Shown: positions 1 to 13,487, numbered from the stretch's first letter. The stretch is DNA of 64,000 bases from Basidiobolus meristosporus CBS 931.73 (GCA_002104905.1 MCFE01000387.1:19321-83320); one strand, 5' to 3'. Notes: generated by a model from the sequence alone, not told the origin. Program-made: numbers and translations.

Positions 1-594
1 CTTTAAGCGTACTTATTTTGCAATTTATCAGTCAAAGGGGTCACTGGTCTGAATTTCTACTTTCTATCTTGTACATTTCCAAAGCAAAATCATTGTTAAT
101 ACCTCCTATCCATGAAGACCACACATAGTGATTTTTTTGTACCGTCTAGTACTATTTGCACAAATATACAATAAATACTATTATTCAGCCTCAAAGATAT
201 CCCAGATAGACAGTCATGAATAGCCTGTTAACAAGAAAGGGCAGCCCTTCCCACTCGAGCTGCCTACCTCAACCATTTATGAGGGTAGATTTAGCTATAG
301 CAGAGAACCAAATCGCCACCAAAAATACGAAATATCTGGTTACATTAAATCATCAACACCATCCGTTTTATCTGTAAAATGGGGGGGGGGGCTGTGGGTA
401 ATCGATATATCGAATGAAATGGCTGAATGTAGAGCACAAAAAATACACACTGTAAATGAAAGACGCATGGAGGCAATAATGTTACGAGAATCGAACGAGA
501 GGTCAATAGTATTCACAATTTGAAGAGAGGAAAATAGATTTGGGAGAAAGGTATCCAAGGCAAAGCAGGGGTAGGTCGGGATCAGGGATAGATA

Positions 595-3201
595 TTAACG
601 TCGACGTCTGCTCCTCTTTCGTTTGCGGTTTTTCACTCTCTCCAAAGTATTTGGTGGGTCCTCCAACATATCATCATTAGCAGGCACACAAAAAAGAGCC
701 AGAAGCGGGTCGGTGTCCTGACCAACTTCTCTTCCTTCCTCGTATTCGTTCAAATTATGACTGGTAGCATAATTATGAACATGCGAATCAAGTACAGGGT
801 ACAACAAGGGTGAGCAGCCATGGTTGATGACAATCTTTCCAGTTGTATTTCTTTTGGCAACATTCAGCGTATGATCACTCAATAGGGTGGTGTTTGGCGT
901 TTTCATGGCAGAAGACACTGAAAGCTTTGGCGCACTTGTACGACGACGACTGCGTCGGAAAGTTCCAATGGGGATGCGATCCCATCGTGATAAAGCTTGC
1001 AAATACTCCTGGTACTGCTTAGAGCTTGGCTCGGGTGAGGGTGACCGAGACGAAGACGAACTATAGAGCTTTTCGGTATCGACCACCTCATCGATTGGAA
1101 TAATCGTAGGTGGATCAGTCTCGCTCACCTTGTCCGAACCAGCTCCAACGGAACTGTTTCTTCGCCGCTTTCCTGCGGATGACTAAAGTGATATGAAAGT
1201 CAGATTCTTACAATTTGGCTCGTAACAGAATTCAATTGGAACTTACAATAGAATTAGAAGTCAGGGATGAAATGTTTGATGTCTGATGTCTTGATTGAGC
1301 CGGTGTTGGCAATGGGCTCGGATCTTCATTAGTGCCGTTGGGCCTAGAATACAGCTGCTGATTTGAGAGAGATGTGGATAGTAACGAGGGCGGTGGTGGA
1401 TTAAGCGGTACGGTATTTATAGCACCAAGTTGATGCGATGTCATAAGGAGAGGGTCTGCTGGGGACGTTAAGGCGGAATGATTGGCGTTGGCGGTCGTAA
1501 AATCCGAGAGCGACGAAGACGTGGAGGCTAGCCCAATCAAGGCTTTTGGAGGGGTTTCTAACTTCGGCACAACAGCATGGCTCGCAGAATCATAATCAGA
1601 TAGGAGAGTCAGCGAGTAAGCGTTAGCCATAAGTAGTCGCGTCATGTCGGTCTGGGATCCAGCACTATCTGACGACTCGGTATCAGACCATCCTGATGGA
1701 AAATCCGAGTACTCTTCAAAACTGGAGGACTCCCATCCTGTCCTTGTGAAAGGTGCTTCTTCCACCAAATCCTCCATAGTTTCAACCGCAGTTTCGTTGA
1801 ATTCCATTGGAATCTCCGGCATGTCATCAGATTCCGCTTCATCTGAGCTATCGGTCAATCCCTCAATGTCCACGAAATCCGAAGAAACGCAGCTGAGGGA
1901 CCCGAGTTCATCCTCACGAGAGTCGTCGACCACTATGTCTATCATCAACGTCGTATCACTCTGGAAGAATGTCGCTGAATGGTTAACACCGGGCAATCAG
2001 GAAAAGAGTCGAATTGCCGGAAACGCTGCTTACCTCTGCTTCGAGAATACTTGGTTTGACATTGTTTTTGGATTTGCAATCGATGACTTCGTCCTCTGCT
2101 TCTTTTTTTTCTTTTGCTGGGAGCTTTTTGCTTTACTCCTCTTGTTGTTTTTGGCTTTCCTTTGAGATCTCACCCACTCCTGCTTGTTATCCGAGTCCTC
2201 CGAGTCCGTTGTTATGGATAATGCGCTAATAGAGAATCGACGCCTACGTGTAGGCATTTTTTTCCGGGATATCAAACTAGAATCCGGTCCGTCGCTTTTG
2301 TGCGTTTGGGCCTTTTTGACGTTGCTTCCCATCCCACACGTGCATTCAAGTTCACACACGGGGCATATATCATCGCCATCCAAATCATCTTCGAGCACAT
2401 CTATAGTTTCTTCTATATCAGAGCTTGCCTCTAGTTTAATAATAGACCCGGAGAACTCCGGTGATTGGGGTCGTTTAGAGCCTAGAATGCACGGTTGGTT
2501 AAATTGATAATTGACATAGGTACCCTGTCTTCCTCCACTATACCTGGTATACGTTTGGCTTGTATTTTGTTGTCTTCGCTCAGAATCACTGAGCCAGGGT
2601 GTAGCATAGATCTATTTAACGAAGTCAAACAAACTGTGCAATAGTGATGCTGATCAACACTACTATCATCGGGAGTCAAACCTACACAGTCTCCGTGAAA
2701 CCATTCTAAATGTGAGAAACTACATTAAGTATGGCGGTGATATTGAGTAAAAGGATAGTTAGATCAACTACCTTGACAACCATCACATTCCACCATCAAT
2801 TCAACTCCGTCGTAGCCATTCCGACAAAAACAATAGACAGGCTGACCCTGTGCGTCAGCCTTTATGGGTCGAGACACCGCTCTAGGTGAATATTCCAGCT
2901 CTTCATCGGAGTGAAATAAATTACGGGTGGTGGACGATTGGGGAACCGCCTCTTGGGGGAAGAAACTTTTCGTAGCAGACATGCTCGAGGTGTAAGGAGC
3001 TTTTCTTGGGTAGTTTGAGGGGATTTTGCGAGGGAGTATTTGGAGGTGTGGTTCGGAATCATCGTCTTCATCGTCGGAAGAGAGGGACGAATTGGACGAC
3101 AGCTCACTACCGGAAATATCGACATCTTCTGGCGAGTACGTACTTGCGTGGTTACGAAACCGGGTGTTATTTGTGTGGAAATTGATGTCTCGAGTGCTCA
3201 T
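595..3201 (-). CDS. PHD-finger-containing, largely low-complexity nuclear protein (5 exons)
   Basis: YCFCRNGYDGVELMVECDGCQG continues after a GT-AG intron as WFHGDCVGL...HHYCTVC, a C4HC3 PHD. ORF pieces 2764-3216, 2482-2679, 2030-2398, 1232-1996 and 595-1128 join in frame through plausible introns. Basic C-terminal NLS-like tail. Confidence 0.75.
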
Positions 3202-4077
3202 AGCAGCAACCAACATTTCCGTTCGAAACTCTATCCACTTTATTGACGCTTGTAATGCCTGACAAACCTCTTATTAAAGCCGTGCTGTTCGGTGGAAAAT
3301 ACGATGAGCCTGGTAAGGAGGGCTTTCGGGGGGAGTGTCGTTTTCTTAGCTTTCAATTGAACTGTAGCGTCTTATGTGACGAAAACTATGGGACTTGATA
3401 TTTCCAAGAGAAAGCCACCTAGCCATCAAAAAAAAAGTGGAACTACGACGATTATAATCATGTTTAACGAAATTTGAAATACCTAAAGATCTCCAGATAA
3501 AAGAAGTAATGTAATTCGTTGGCTCGAGATTACCAGAGAGATTTTTTTATTTGAAAGGAACGTTTTCGTCGGATTTCTTGATTAGCGCTGTGAGCTCTTC
3601 ATCCACCCAGGCCAGTCCAAATTAGTTCTCGATAATTGGCTACTTCGTAACTCTCTTGATCGAGGAAAAAAATGGGAGCTGCTTCCACCTTGAATATAAT
3701 ACAATGGCAAAAGGCATGGTTTAATTGTAATCATGGCTCAGTTTAAGCCAACCTAGACCCATATTTTTAATCAACTTGTCCAAATTTATCGCTCTTATTA
3801 ATGAATATCCCATATATCAGTATCATTTGTAATATTCGAGTGCCAAATTTTTACATGTGGTAGTCGATAAGCTCAAGCTTAGAACTTATATAATACCTAC
3901 CTTGGTTCGTTTGGTTTACGTTATCAGATAGTTATGAACTTCACTAGCAAACGTATCGGCTCGGCTCTATGGAGTCTTGGAAGGTAAGATGGGTGATGAG
4001 TTTCCCCATCAACGTCACTTCCTAACCTTCTTGCTATCAAATATAGCCGCCAGTCCACACATACCTTGAGAAGGGGC

Positions 4078-5331
4078 ATGTTCAGAGCAGGCCTCCATAC
4101 TAGGCCAAATATCGTGAAATCGGGCATCTCGATTCCGGCAACTATTGCTGCCATAGCGCTTGGTGCTGGCGTTGGGTATTATCAGCTGGTTAGTGTATTT
4201 ATGCGGCAGTTGACTCCATGTGCCTTTTATGTATATTGGTTCAGAATAGAGTATCTTATTCCGAGCAACAAAAAGCACCGGGTGCTACTTCAGTGAAGGG
4301 TGAAGCATTGCCGGTACTACCCTTTGCATTAGCTTTTATCATGCATGTTCTAACTCGAGCTTTAGACATACGAGGAGCTTCTTCCTAACGTAGAAGTCAG
4401 CGAACACTCGCCTATGCGCGAGCGGATGTCAAACTATATCCACACCCTACAATACAACATTGTAAAGAAACTCTCCGAAATCGACGGAAAACCCTTTCTA
4501 GTCGATAAATGGACACGCCCCTCCGGGGGAGGCGGTGTTACGTGCGTTATCCAGGATGGTAATGTTTTTGAAAAGGGAGGCGTTAATATCTCCTTGATTA
4601 CCGGAACTCTTGCTGACGGAACCGTGCGCAATATGCGTTCACGTGGAAAAGAGTTGAAGGGAGACGGGCCATTTCACTATTTCGCTGCTGGGCTATCTTT
4701 GGTGCTTCATCCACATAATCCCATGGCACCCACCGTGCACTTGAATTACAGATATTTCGAAGTGAACGACGAGAAAGGCCAATTGATCTGCTCATGGTTC
4801 GGTGGTGGCTCGGATCTTACACCGAGCTACCTGTTCGAAGAAGATGCCACCCACTTCCACAATGTTCTCAAATCCACCTGTGAGAAGCACGATCCGGAAT
4901 ACTACCCAAGATTTAAGAAATGGTGCGACGAATACTTCTACCTGCCACATCGTGGTGAATCTCGAGGCATTGGTGGGATCTTTTTCGATGATTTAGCCTC
5001 AGCCAACCAGAATCAAACCTTCAGCTTCTTACGCGACTGCGGTGACTCTTTCCTTGACGCTTATGTACCAATTTTGGAACGCCGCAAGGATATGGCATTT
5101 ACTGAAGAAAACAAGCGCTGGCAACAGCTTCGACGAGGCAGATATGTCGAATTCAACCTGGTCCATGATAGAGGCACCAAGTTCGGCCTTCTGAACCACG
5201 GCACAAGAATCGAAAGCATCCTTATGTCTTTACCGCTCACCGCTAGATGGGAGTATGAGCACAAGCCGGAGCCCAACTCAAGAGAGCAGGAGCTACTAGA
5301 CACATTAAAAGCCACCAAGGAGTGGGTCTAG
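4078..5331 (+). CDS. HEM13: Oxygen-dependent coproporphyrinogen III oxidase (exons ~4078-4188, 4245-4313, 4366-5331)
   Basis: Hallmark motifs FEKGGVN, HPHNPMAPTVHLNYRYFE, WFGGGSDLTP, RGIGGIFFDD, RRGRYVEFNL, RIESILMSLP. Two short upstream exons splice in frame. Confidence 0.95.
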
Positions 5332-6217
5332 GTTTCTACGGCATACCATGTATCTAGCATCACCAATTCATCAAATGAAATGTATACAAGTTTACCTTGG
5401 GTCCCGGATTCATATACAATATTAAACGCGGCTCGGTTAAATGCGTCAACAAGGCCCATTGTTCCGGTTTCTGTGGGATGGAAATAGCAATCGGGAATTT
5501 CTTGGAAAATCAAGCAGAATGCCAAGACTTAACCACTGGATTCAACCACTTCCGAAATATGCGGGAAAACTATGCAACATTCCCCGGTAGCTAGGGGGAT
5601 TTCATTTGATATAAACTAGTTTAATATGGAAATTAGTTTAGCTACTTCAAGTCACAGCCAAGCCCTGACGAGAATACCTCTATTCCTTGGCATACAACCT
5701 GCAGTGGCCAATTCCAAACAAAGTATGAATCAGCTTCGAGAGGCTTGGACCATGAAAAGTATGTGAAACGTCGCTCAAGGATCCAGTTGATAATATGACA
5801 ACCAACCATATCCCACTAAACGCGACCTTACCACGGTGCAAAAATATCGAGTACCTTGTAAGAATGATCGAATGAGATGCGATATGTCGTCATTGGGATC
5901 AGAAATCCATGGTTTTTGATGACTAAGTGATCGATTAAATGACCCTTATTAGCCAATGGTTACCTAATGCCATATCATTCACCTTAATCAACAAATCGAT
6001 CCTATTTTTCGAAACGAGCCTGGATAAGGTTAGAGATCATGAACGGGACCATTTCTAGAACAGTATCCGCAGAAAAGCTTTGAATCGAAATCTAGGGCAG
6101 ATGAAAGCTGTCAAAAAACTATAAAAGAAAAAGGTTGCACTTCGCCATACTCCAACATAAGATTTCCCAAGATTTCGATCCTGTTGAAATTGCCAGTCCC
6201 AACAGCTAATATTCAAA

Positions 6218-7054
6218 ATGAATACATTATATTCTTATCCAAACGCCATGACAAATCCATTTATCACAATGCCTTCACAAAGACAACCCACGGCAACGGT
6301 CTACCCGACTTCAGCCCGAAGCCTTCAATACGACCTACCAAATAGCTATTCTGGTTCTATTGAACAAATTCTCGAAACGACTGCCCAGAATTGTCCGGGT
6401 GTGCTTGCTGACCTCGTGTCCAGCCTGACCTACTCCCTCAGCTATTCAACCATTGTCCAGTGTGACTCGACAAATACAACGGGCATGGAGTTCCGTGAGT
6501 TTTGCCGTGGTTTGCTTCGCCGTGCACAACTCTCCACACGAAACATTATTATTGGTCTTCAATACCTATATCGTCTTCGAAAACGCGCACCAGAGCTATG
6601 TGCTCAGGTTGGATCGGAACGCCAGCTTTTGACGGTGTGTCTAGTGCTCGGAATGAAATATCATGAAGATATTCCTTACTTTAACGGAACCTGGAGCAAA
6701 CTATCCGGAATCCCACTGTCCATATTGAATGGCTTGGAGATGCAGGTGCTGGAAATCCTAGGGTTTGACTTGTACTTCTCTGGCGAGGAGTACGAAAGAT
6801 GGGTTTGTGAGCTGGAAGGAATGGTCCGATTGATCAGAAATCCATTCTCGCAAATCGTCTACCAACAAGAACAGTACGCTGCCCAGTGCATGCCTGGCGG
6901 CGGATATCCTATGCCATTGCCATACCAACAAACCAGCATGATGCCGGAGTATCCACAGCTTGGCAACTCGGAATCATGTAACTGCAAGCTGGACTCCTGC
7001 AACGATCTAGTGCCATGCCCATTACACCTGGCCGAATACCACAGTCTGGTGTAA
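6218..7054 (+). CDS. PHO80/Pcl-type cyclin (cyclin box), intronless
   Basis: Cyclin-box pattern FCRGLLRRAQLS...IIGLQYLYRLR...LLTVCLVLGMKYHEDIPYFNGTWSKLSGI...LNGLEMQVLEILGFDL. Confidence 0.8.
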   Translation: MNTLYSYPNAMTNPFITMPSQRQPTATVYPTSARSLQYDLPNSYSGSIEQILETTAQNCPGVLADLVSSLTYSLSYSTIVQCDSTNTTGMEFREFCRGLLRRAQLSTRNIIIGLQYLYRLRKRAPELCAQVGSERQLLTVCLVLGMKYHEDIPYFNGTWSKLSGIPLSILNGLEMQVLEILGFDLYFSGEEYERWVCELEGMVRLIRNPFSQIVYQQEQYAAQCMPGGGYPMPLPYQQTSMMPEYPQLGNSESCNCKLDSCNDLVPCPLHLAEYHSLV

Positions 7055-7485
7055 TGGCTTTTTCAATTCTTGTATTTTTAGTATTTTCCTCTACATACTC
7101 TTTCTAATGTAATGTTAATCAACCTTGTAATTTTTTTGTCCAACTGACCATTATAATCCTATATAAATGACAAATCCAAACAACATTTCAAATTGACCGA
7201 ACCGCCGATTTCTCCATGACCCGGTATCATCCGAAGTAATATTGGATGCGTCAACTTGGAACATGACAGGGTAGATATCCTGACCAATGGGTGTTGGACC
7301 AATTTACTGTTGCCATATAGACGGAAGGGCATACTAAATATAGATTTTTGGCGATGCTTCTTAATTTCTGGTGTATTGGATAATGATATGTGTACAAGAA
7401 CATGTGATTGTGAGATGAATGGGTTCATCTCCTAGTGAATTCTAATCAGTAAGTATAAACAAGTATCTTTCAAGATGGTAAAAGG

Positions 7486-9129
7486 CTAAGCGGAATCGTG
7501 GCTAATTGCTGTCTTGGTTCTATTGGGAGCACCGATGTTGCGTACATCATATCCGTTCTGTGCCAAGTACTCCTTGAATGCCTCATCCTCTTCCTCGAGA
7601 CAGTCCTTGGAAAGATTCGGAACGAAGAACCATGTGAGGATGGCTCCTAATAGTGCCAAGCAACATCCAATAATAAAAGGTGAACGTTGGCCGTTAGTCG
7701 TGTTCGGTCCCCCAAAGGCATCGACAATCGGTTTGAACGCGGCGGTGCCAACACTAGCCCCAACTTTTCCAATAGCAGCTGAGATACCGTACGCAGTTCC
7801 ACGCACTGCAGTCGGGTAGCTCTCGGCACTTATGAGGCCTATGCAGTCACCAGGTCCGAACTCGCCAAATGCAAGGTAGATCCCATACAGAACCTAAGAG
7901 TATATTTAGATGTCTATTCGTTCCGTTCCATTCGTTTTGAACACTTACCACGAACAATGGGAAAGCGTTTTCAATCAACGGCTTGTAGGCAACTCCTATG
8001 GCAATTCCAACAATCCCTTGAAGGGCAAAGCCAATGGCCATGGTTCGCTTCCGTCCAATCTTGTCGGAAAAGATGGCACCGCCAACCACACCCGGGAGGT
8101 AGAAAGAATAAAGTAGGAGGTTCCAACTAGTGATCTTCATCAGTGAATCGTCAGGCACCGCCTTACTCAGAATCGTCGAGGAAAACACTCCAGATGGATA
8201 GGATATGAAATCGTAAAAGAACCACAGGCCAGCAGTGGTCAATATACGGGGCCAATACCTCTTGAAGATGAGTATATATGGGACATTCCGTTTGATTCCA
8301 TCGGATTCATATCGAGCAGAATTATTCATCTTCATTCGGACTACAACATGCATGTTAGCGACTAGCTTCAAGGTAGAGGTTGAGAGAATCCTACTAACAG
8401 TAAAAAACGGAAAGCGGGGGGATCGCACCGAGCCCTAAGGCGATTCTCCAGATGGCCTCGAGGTTTTCATGGAAAATAGCTAGCAAGATGATAGGGACCA
8501 AAGCAGAGAGAACGTATCCAAAGTCGATGACAAAGGCGGTTACCTATACGAACAGAATTGATTCAGCGCTGCCGGACGGCCGAGAAGTCAACAGTTGCTC
8601 TTACCATCACAAACAAACAGCCTCGATTATTCGGCCTAACTTCATCTGCAGACTCGCTGGCACTTACCGAGCTGCATGGGTACTCTCCTCCTACTCCCAC
8701 TCCTAATATACCACGGCAGATGGTCAACATCCAGAAAAGTCCCGATACAGAACCACCAGCACCATAAGATACAGCAGATAGAATGGCACCAATGATGACC
8801 AGTGCTGTCGTAGACATCATTCCTACTTTTCTCCCAATCCTATCGCACACCAGACCAAAGCCCAATTGCCCAATGATCATTCCTACAAAGAGAGCATTGC
8901 TGATCCTGGCTGAGATTTCACTGGTGTATTCTGTAGGATGAAGTTTGGTCAAAACAAGATTCACAAAACTAATGACACCAGACTGATATCCGTCCGATAG
9001 CAAGGCAAATCCGGAGAATATGACGGTGAAAAGAGCTGAAATACGACTCTTTCTTCTCGAATGATAAGCAACTTCTTCGCTCGTCGGCTTCGAGTTTACA
9101 GTGCTGTACTCTGACTTGAAGTCGGACAT
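7486..9129 (-). CDS. GIT1: MFS glycerophosphodiester (glycerophosphoinositol) transporter, multi-exon
   Basis: ALLSDGYQ, DRIGRK, GVGVGGEYPCSSVSASE, RGTAYGISAAIGKVGA motifs typical of the GIT1/PHS branch of MFS; ~12 TM segments across exons. Confidence 0.85.
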
Positions 9130-10170
9130 TTTCAACCGCTGGGTAGGAACGCTGTTTCAGAAGCCAGCCTAGGGTATATATATGTTATTCCCCAATGTGA
9201 CCAGCCTTAGGGATTTTTGGACAGGGACTTCGATCGGTCTGTACACGAGAAAATACCAGTCTATCGATTGGTGCTTGAATCACCATAACATCACCAATTC
9301 CATAAAAACTGTCTACTCTCCGACCTCAACCAATACTCTGCGGTCACGTAACACCAAACTTGTAACAGTTTATCCATATCGATCACAAGCGAAAACTCCC
9401 TATTTTGGATGCTTGCCAACTGCAGCCACAGAATTGTAGCTATTCCAAAGACTCGCCAGATAACTTTGCTATGGAAGATGAAAGAATGCCGAAGTAGTGA
9501 ACCCTGGAGGTTACGGAAAATTCCATGCTACCGTTGAGGATTGGGGCGCCTGTAATATATGTCAACCGTTGGCCTTTATCTGTAGGTTCTATATAAAGTA
9601 TACGACAGGAAAATAAGAAACGGCGATTAGTTGCTTGTCACACTGAAGCTTCGAGAAATTTTGTTGTTTCCAAGTGCCCCAACCTCATTTTTTCCTTTGG
9701 TTGTCCTTAAGTAGGCCGAGATTGAGGACTGCAGTCAATGTAATATAGCCAATTTCTGAATGCGTTAATGGATATGATATCGGTGGGACCTGATGCCTTA
9801 ATTAGTATTTGTTAGTAGATTAGGCTTGCCAATTTTCGAGCTACCACGCTTTCACGTGAAACTGCCCGGGTTTGTTGTTTACGTAAAATACAGACCAATT
9901 TCGACCGAATGTGAGTTTCGATTCTACATTTCGGCTTTTCGGCACATGGTGGCTAGACCTGTGACAGCTCCTAATGAATTCGTACATATTCCATTCAAAT
10001 TGCTACAATGTGGTGTATTGTGTAAGGTATTAGCCAAGGTTTATTCTTCATTATATTGCATGTCCACAAAATGGACCATTCCAATTGACTACTAAAAATG
10101 ATACAAGAAATTGACTGATTACAAAAAGGACGACCGTTGATAATAAATAGCCAATGGAGATTAATCAGCA

Positions 10171-11689
10171 TCAACGGCGAGAGTTTCTATTAGGTGCGCT
10201 ACCGGCTGAAAACAACTGTCTGGGTGGGTTGATCAGCCTGGAGGTCGCTTCGTTATCACGGGGCTCCTCTTTGATGAATTGAACGTCATCTTCAGAAGAT
10301 TCACCTCGCGGCTCGCTCTTAACCACTACGTTCTCATCTGGTGGTGCAATTCGACCGGGCGTGCGCACGGCGGTTTGAGGCTTTTTATGGGATTGCGGGC
10401 GGGGTGGACTCTCAGGCTCCATATCATCGCTATGATCTCTAGAGCGCTTCGTTGGTGGAACCCGGTTTTTCATGTGAGCCGGCATGCGGTGCTTTCTGCT
10501 TACCAGATGAACTTGTTCGTAATCGTAGTTGTCGATGTTTAGGACGAACTCCATCATATGGTTGTAAGTTATAGTGTTGAAGCGAATGTCGATAAATTCG
10601 CTACGAACATGCTTGCGCATCTGCAGAAGGTCATTCTTCAATTGCTCCAGTGTTCTCTCCGGGTAGCGAGCGATGATGTACCCGAAAATTACAAACTCGA
10701 TGGGCGCCATGATCGTCGGGACGAAGAAAATGTCCAAGGAGTCCTCCACGAGCTTGCTGTACTTCCTGAAGGTATCAGTGCACCTGGCTCGAAAGTCAGG
10801 GTCGATGGTGATATTGGTCCTGAGGAACTTCTCGATATTGCTGGAGCTGGATTGCATTTTCATGGGCTCGTAATAGATCATGTGGATGGTTTGCGCTGCA
10901 AGTAAGTAGGGACGTGCACGACGATTGTCCATGATCTCTAATACGCGAGGATACTCGTCCAGCAACGTACGTACAAATTGCGCCATGGGGGTGGCAACTG
11001 CCTGAAGCTTTTCCGCAGCAGTAAGGGCGACGCCCATTTGTACTCTTGAGAAAATCTCATTCTAAAAATGGATTAGTCAGCCGTCGCGAGAGCTAAATCC
11101 TGGCTCATTCACAGTACCTCCTGCTCCATGGTTAGACCGTAATATTCAACGCAGATAAGCTCAGAGTAACGGAAATCTTCGCGCTCACGTTCAGTCAACA
11201 CATGTCTTCGGCTAACGGTAGGGTCCTCGTTGAACCAACGTTTGACAGCAACTGGGCTGTTTGGATCAATATGAGGAATGTCGTTATTCATAAAGCTAAA
11301 TGTCGATTGTGAGTATCAGTGCTTCTAGTGTGTAAAGGAACACAAATGAAATACCGTCTAATGGAAGACAAGCGCTGTTTTCCATCAATGCATACTTTCA
11401 AAAGTCTGCCATCAGGTAAACGCTTGCAAGAGAAGATAACCGGAGGAACATAGAAATTCTTCAGGATGGAATCTATCAGGTAACTCATTCGCTTTTCGGG
11501 CCACACAACGTCACGCTGAAACTCCGGACCTTTGGTAAGAGGATTAATAAGTGTGAAGTGGTGCCTAGATCAAATAAGCCACTTACAAAGATCGATAAGA
11601 TTATTCTCCATCATTTCGTGAAGCTTGTAAAGTTGATGCGTGACATTCCTCGGTTTGTTGAGAGCCTCTACGGCAGGAAGGCTTGACAT
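10171..11689 (-). CDS. DUF262 (GmrSD/SspE N-terminal, ParB/Srx-like) domain protein, multi-exon
   Basis: Spliced sequence gives LIDL-CPEFQRDVVW...YLIDSILKNFYVPPVIF...CIDGKQRLSSI and EIFSRVQMGVALTAAEKL, matching the QR and DGxQR motifs of DUF262. Confidence 0.75.
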
Positions 11690-11996
11690 AGGAAACGAGA
11701 AGGCTGATTTAACGGTCTTGGAAGAGGATATTCAATCACAATCTAAGAAAGAGTATCTCATTAAAAACAGCCAGGTCGAGGAAAATAAAAATAATCAGAA
11801 TATGACAATGTGGAGCAGACGTCTTTGATGGAATGTTTTCCTATCGAATATAGTCAATAACTTGTATCCCCATTGTTCATAGCAACCAATGGCTTTGGTT
11901 AACTGATTTAAGTGAGATTGAGTAATTTCATTTATTGTATCATCCATTGTCGCATGTTTCCTGAGAATTGCCTGGGGACTGGATCCTCTTCAAGAA

Positions 11997-13184
11997 ATGA
12001 TCAAATTTGGGTGTGCATTTCTCTTTGTCTGCCTCGCCTACTTTTGGGTCGACTTCGATTACAGCAATAGCCAGCCAAATATGTCCGCAAGAGCATTGAC
12101 TTCAGTGATTCAAGCAGCTAAAGGAAAGCACAGCGCTACGGTTATCTTTCTTCACGGATTAGGGGATAGTGGAAATGGATGGTAGAGAGATACGCTTATA
12201 TACGAAGCTACTTGGTATACCAACCTAGTTTTTTTTGTTAGGGCGCCTGCCACCGCCGCAATCGCACCGCTACTTCCTCATGTAAAGTTTGTCTTGCCTA
12301 ACGCGTATGTATTCTATACAGACATATCTTCGAGGTGTATGTTGCTTATTCATTGAAATAGCCCCGCCCAACCGGTAACCCTCAATTTCGGGATGGCCAT
12401 GCCTTCATGGTAGATTTACATTCATGTCTTTTTGTATTCAACACAAGTGACCTTTATCAAAACCACGACAGGTACGACATTTACTCTCTTGATAGTATCA
12501 ATAGAGAGGAGGATGAGAAGGGCTTGTTGGAGTCTTCCAGAATCAGTTAGTGATGTAGCCGCAAAGTTTGGCTTTTGAGCACATTTGGCTAACATCATTG
12601 TATAGTCAATACCCTTATCCAGAAAGAAATCGATAATGGAATCCCTGCTAATCGCATCGTGTTGGCTGGGTTTTCTCAAGGTATTTACTGTAAATAGCCC
12701 TCTAGGCACGGGTCATATTTAACCATGAGATATTGCCTAGGATCGGCCATGTCTTTGCTGACTGGATTGACCACCGAGTACAAGGTTGCCGGTATTATTG
12801 GGTTGAGTGGTTACCTGCCAATCCGCAACAAAATTTTCTCCGTAAGTAATCGTCAAACAGGATGTCGCGAGCCCGTACTAAACCACTGCGATTCCCTGTA
12901 GATGGTATCCGACAACAAGCCGCCTATTTTCATGGGCCATGGTACCTCAGACCCTGTAAGTTTATTGCCAGTTTCTTGCAATCCCTATGAACCATTCTGA
13001 CCAGTGATTCTCTCCTGACCACCAGGTCGTTCAATTCCAATTTGGCCAAGGATCTAGCGAGCTGCTTGAAGCCAAGGGCTACAATGTGGAGTTCCACGCC
13101 TACCCTGGAATGGCTCATAGCTGCTGTGACGAAGAGCTGAGCGACATGGCCAAGTTCTTGGAAAAGGTCATTCCACCTGAATGA
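11997..13184 (+). CDS. APT1: Acyl-protein thioesterase 1 / lysophospholipase (alpha/beta hydrolase), multi-exon; alternative start at 12081
   Basis: ATVIFLHGLGDSG, FGMAMPSW-YDI, RIVLAGFSQG (GxSxG), IIGLSGYLP, FMGHGTSDP, YPGMAHS motifs across exons. Confidence 0.9.
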
Positions 13185-13461
13185 TTCTGAAACCCTGATT
13201 TTGCATTCTGTTCAATAAAACCAAGCCATTCAGAGTTTTTTATTCACGATGACGTGATTCCCGACCACCCGACCTCTGTCAGGGACCAAAAAATTGAATA
13301 AATTGATTGCACGAACACGGTGTGCAGCGCATCTCCTCTTAGATTCCTTCCTTTTCGTTGGTCGATCGGAAGACGTGTCGAGGAGTAAAGAATGAGCAAC
13401 CCGAATCATTCGTCTCGTGCCAACTTCACTGGTGTTTTCACGGGTTTTCGGGTGCTCGAAA

Positions 13462-13487
13462 CTACATCTACATCTACATCTACATCT
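13462..13487. repeat. (CTACAT)n microsatellite, ~4 copies
   Basis: ctacatctacatctacatctacatct read directly. Confidence 0.7.

Noticed and set aside
340-558. 72-aa ORF and poly-G tract downstream of the PHD gene
   Set aside because: No ATG-supported start or domain; likely 3'UTR or intergenic.
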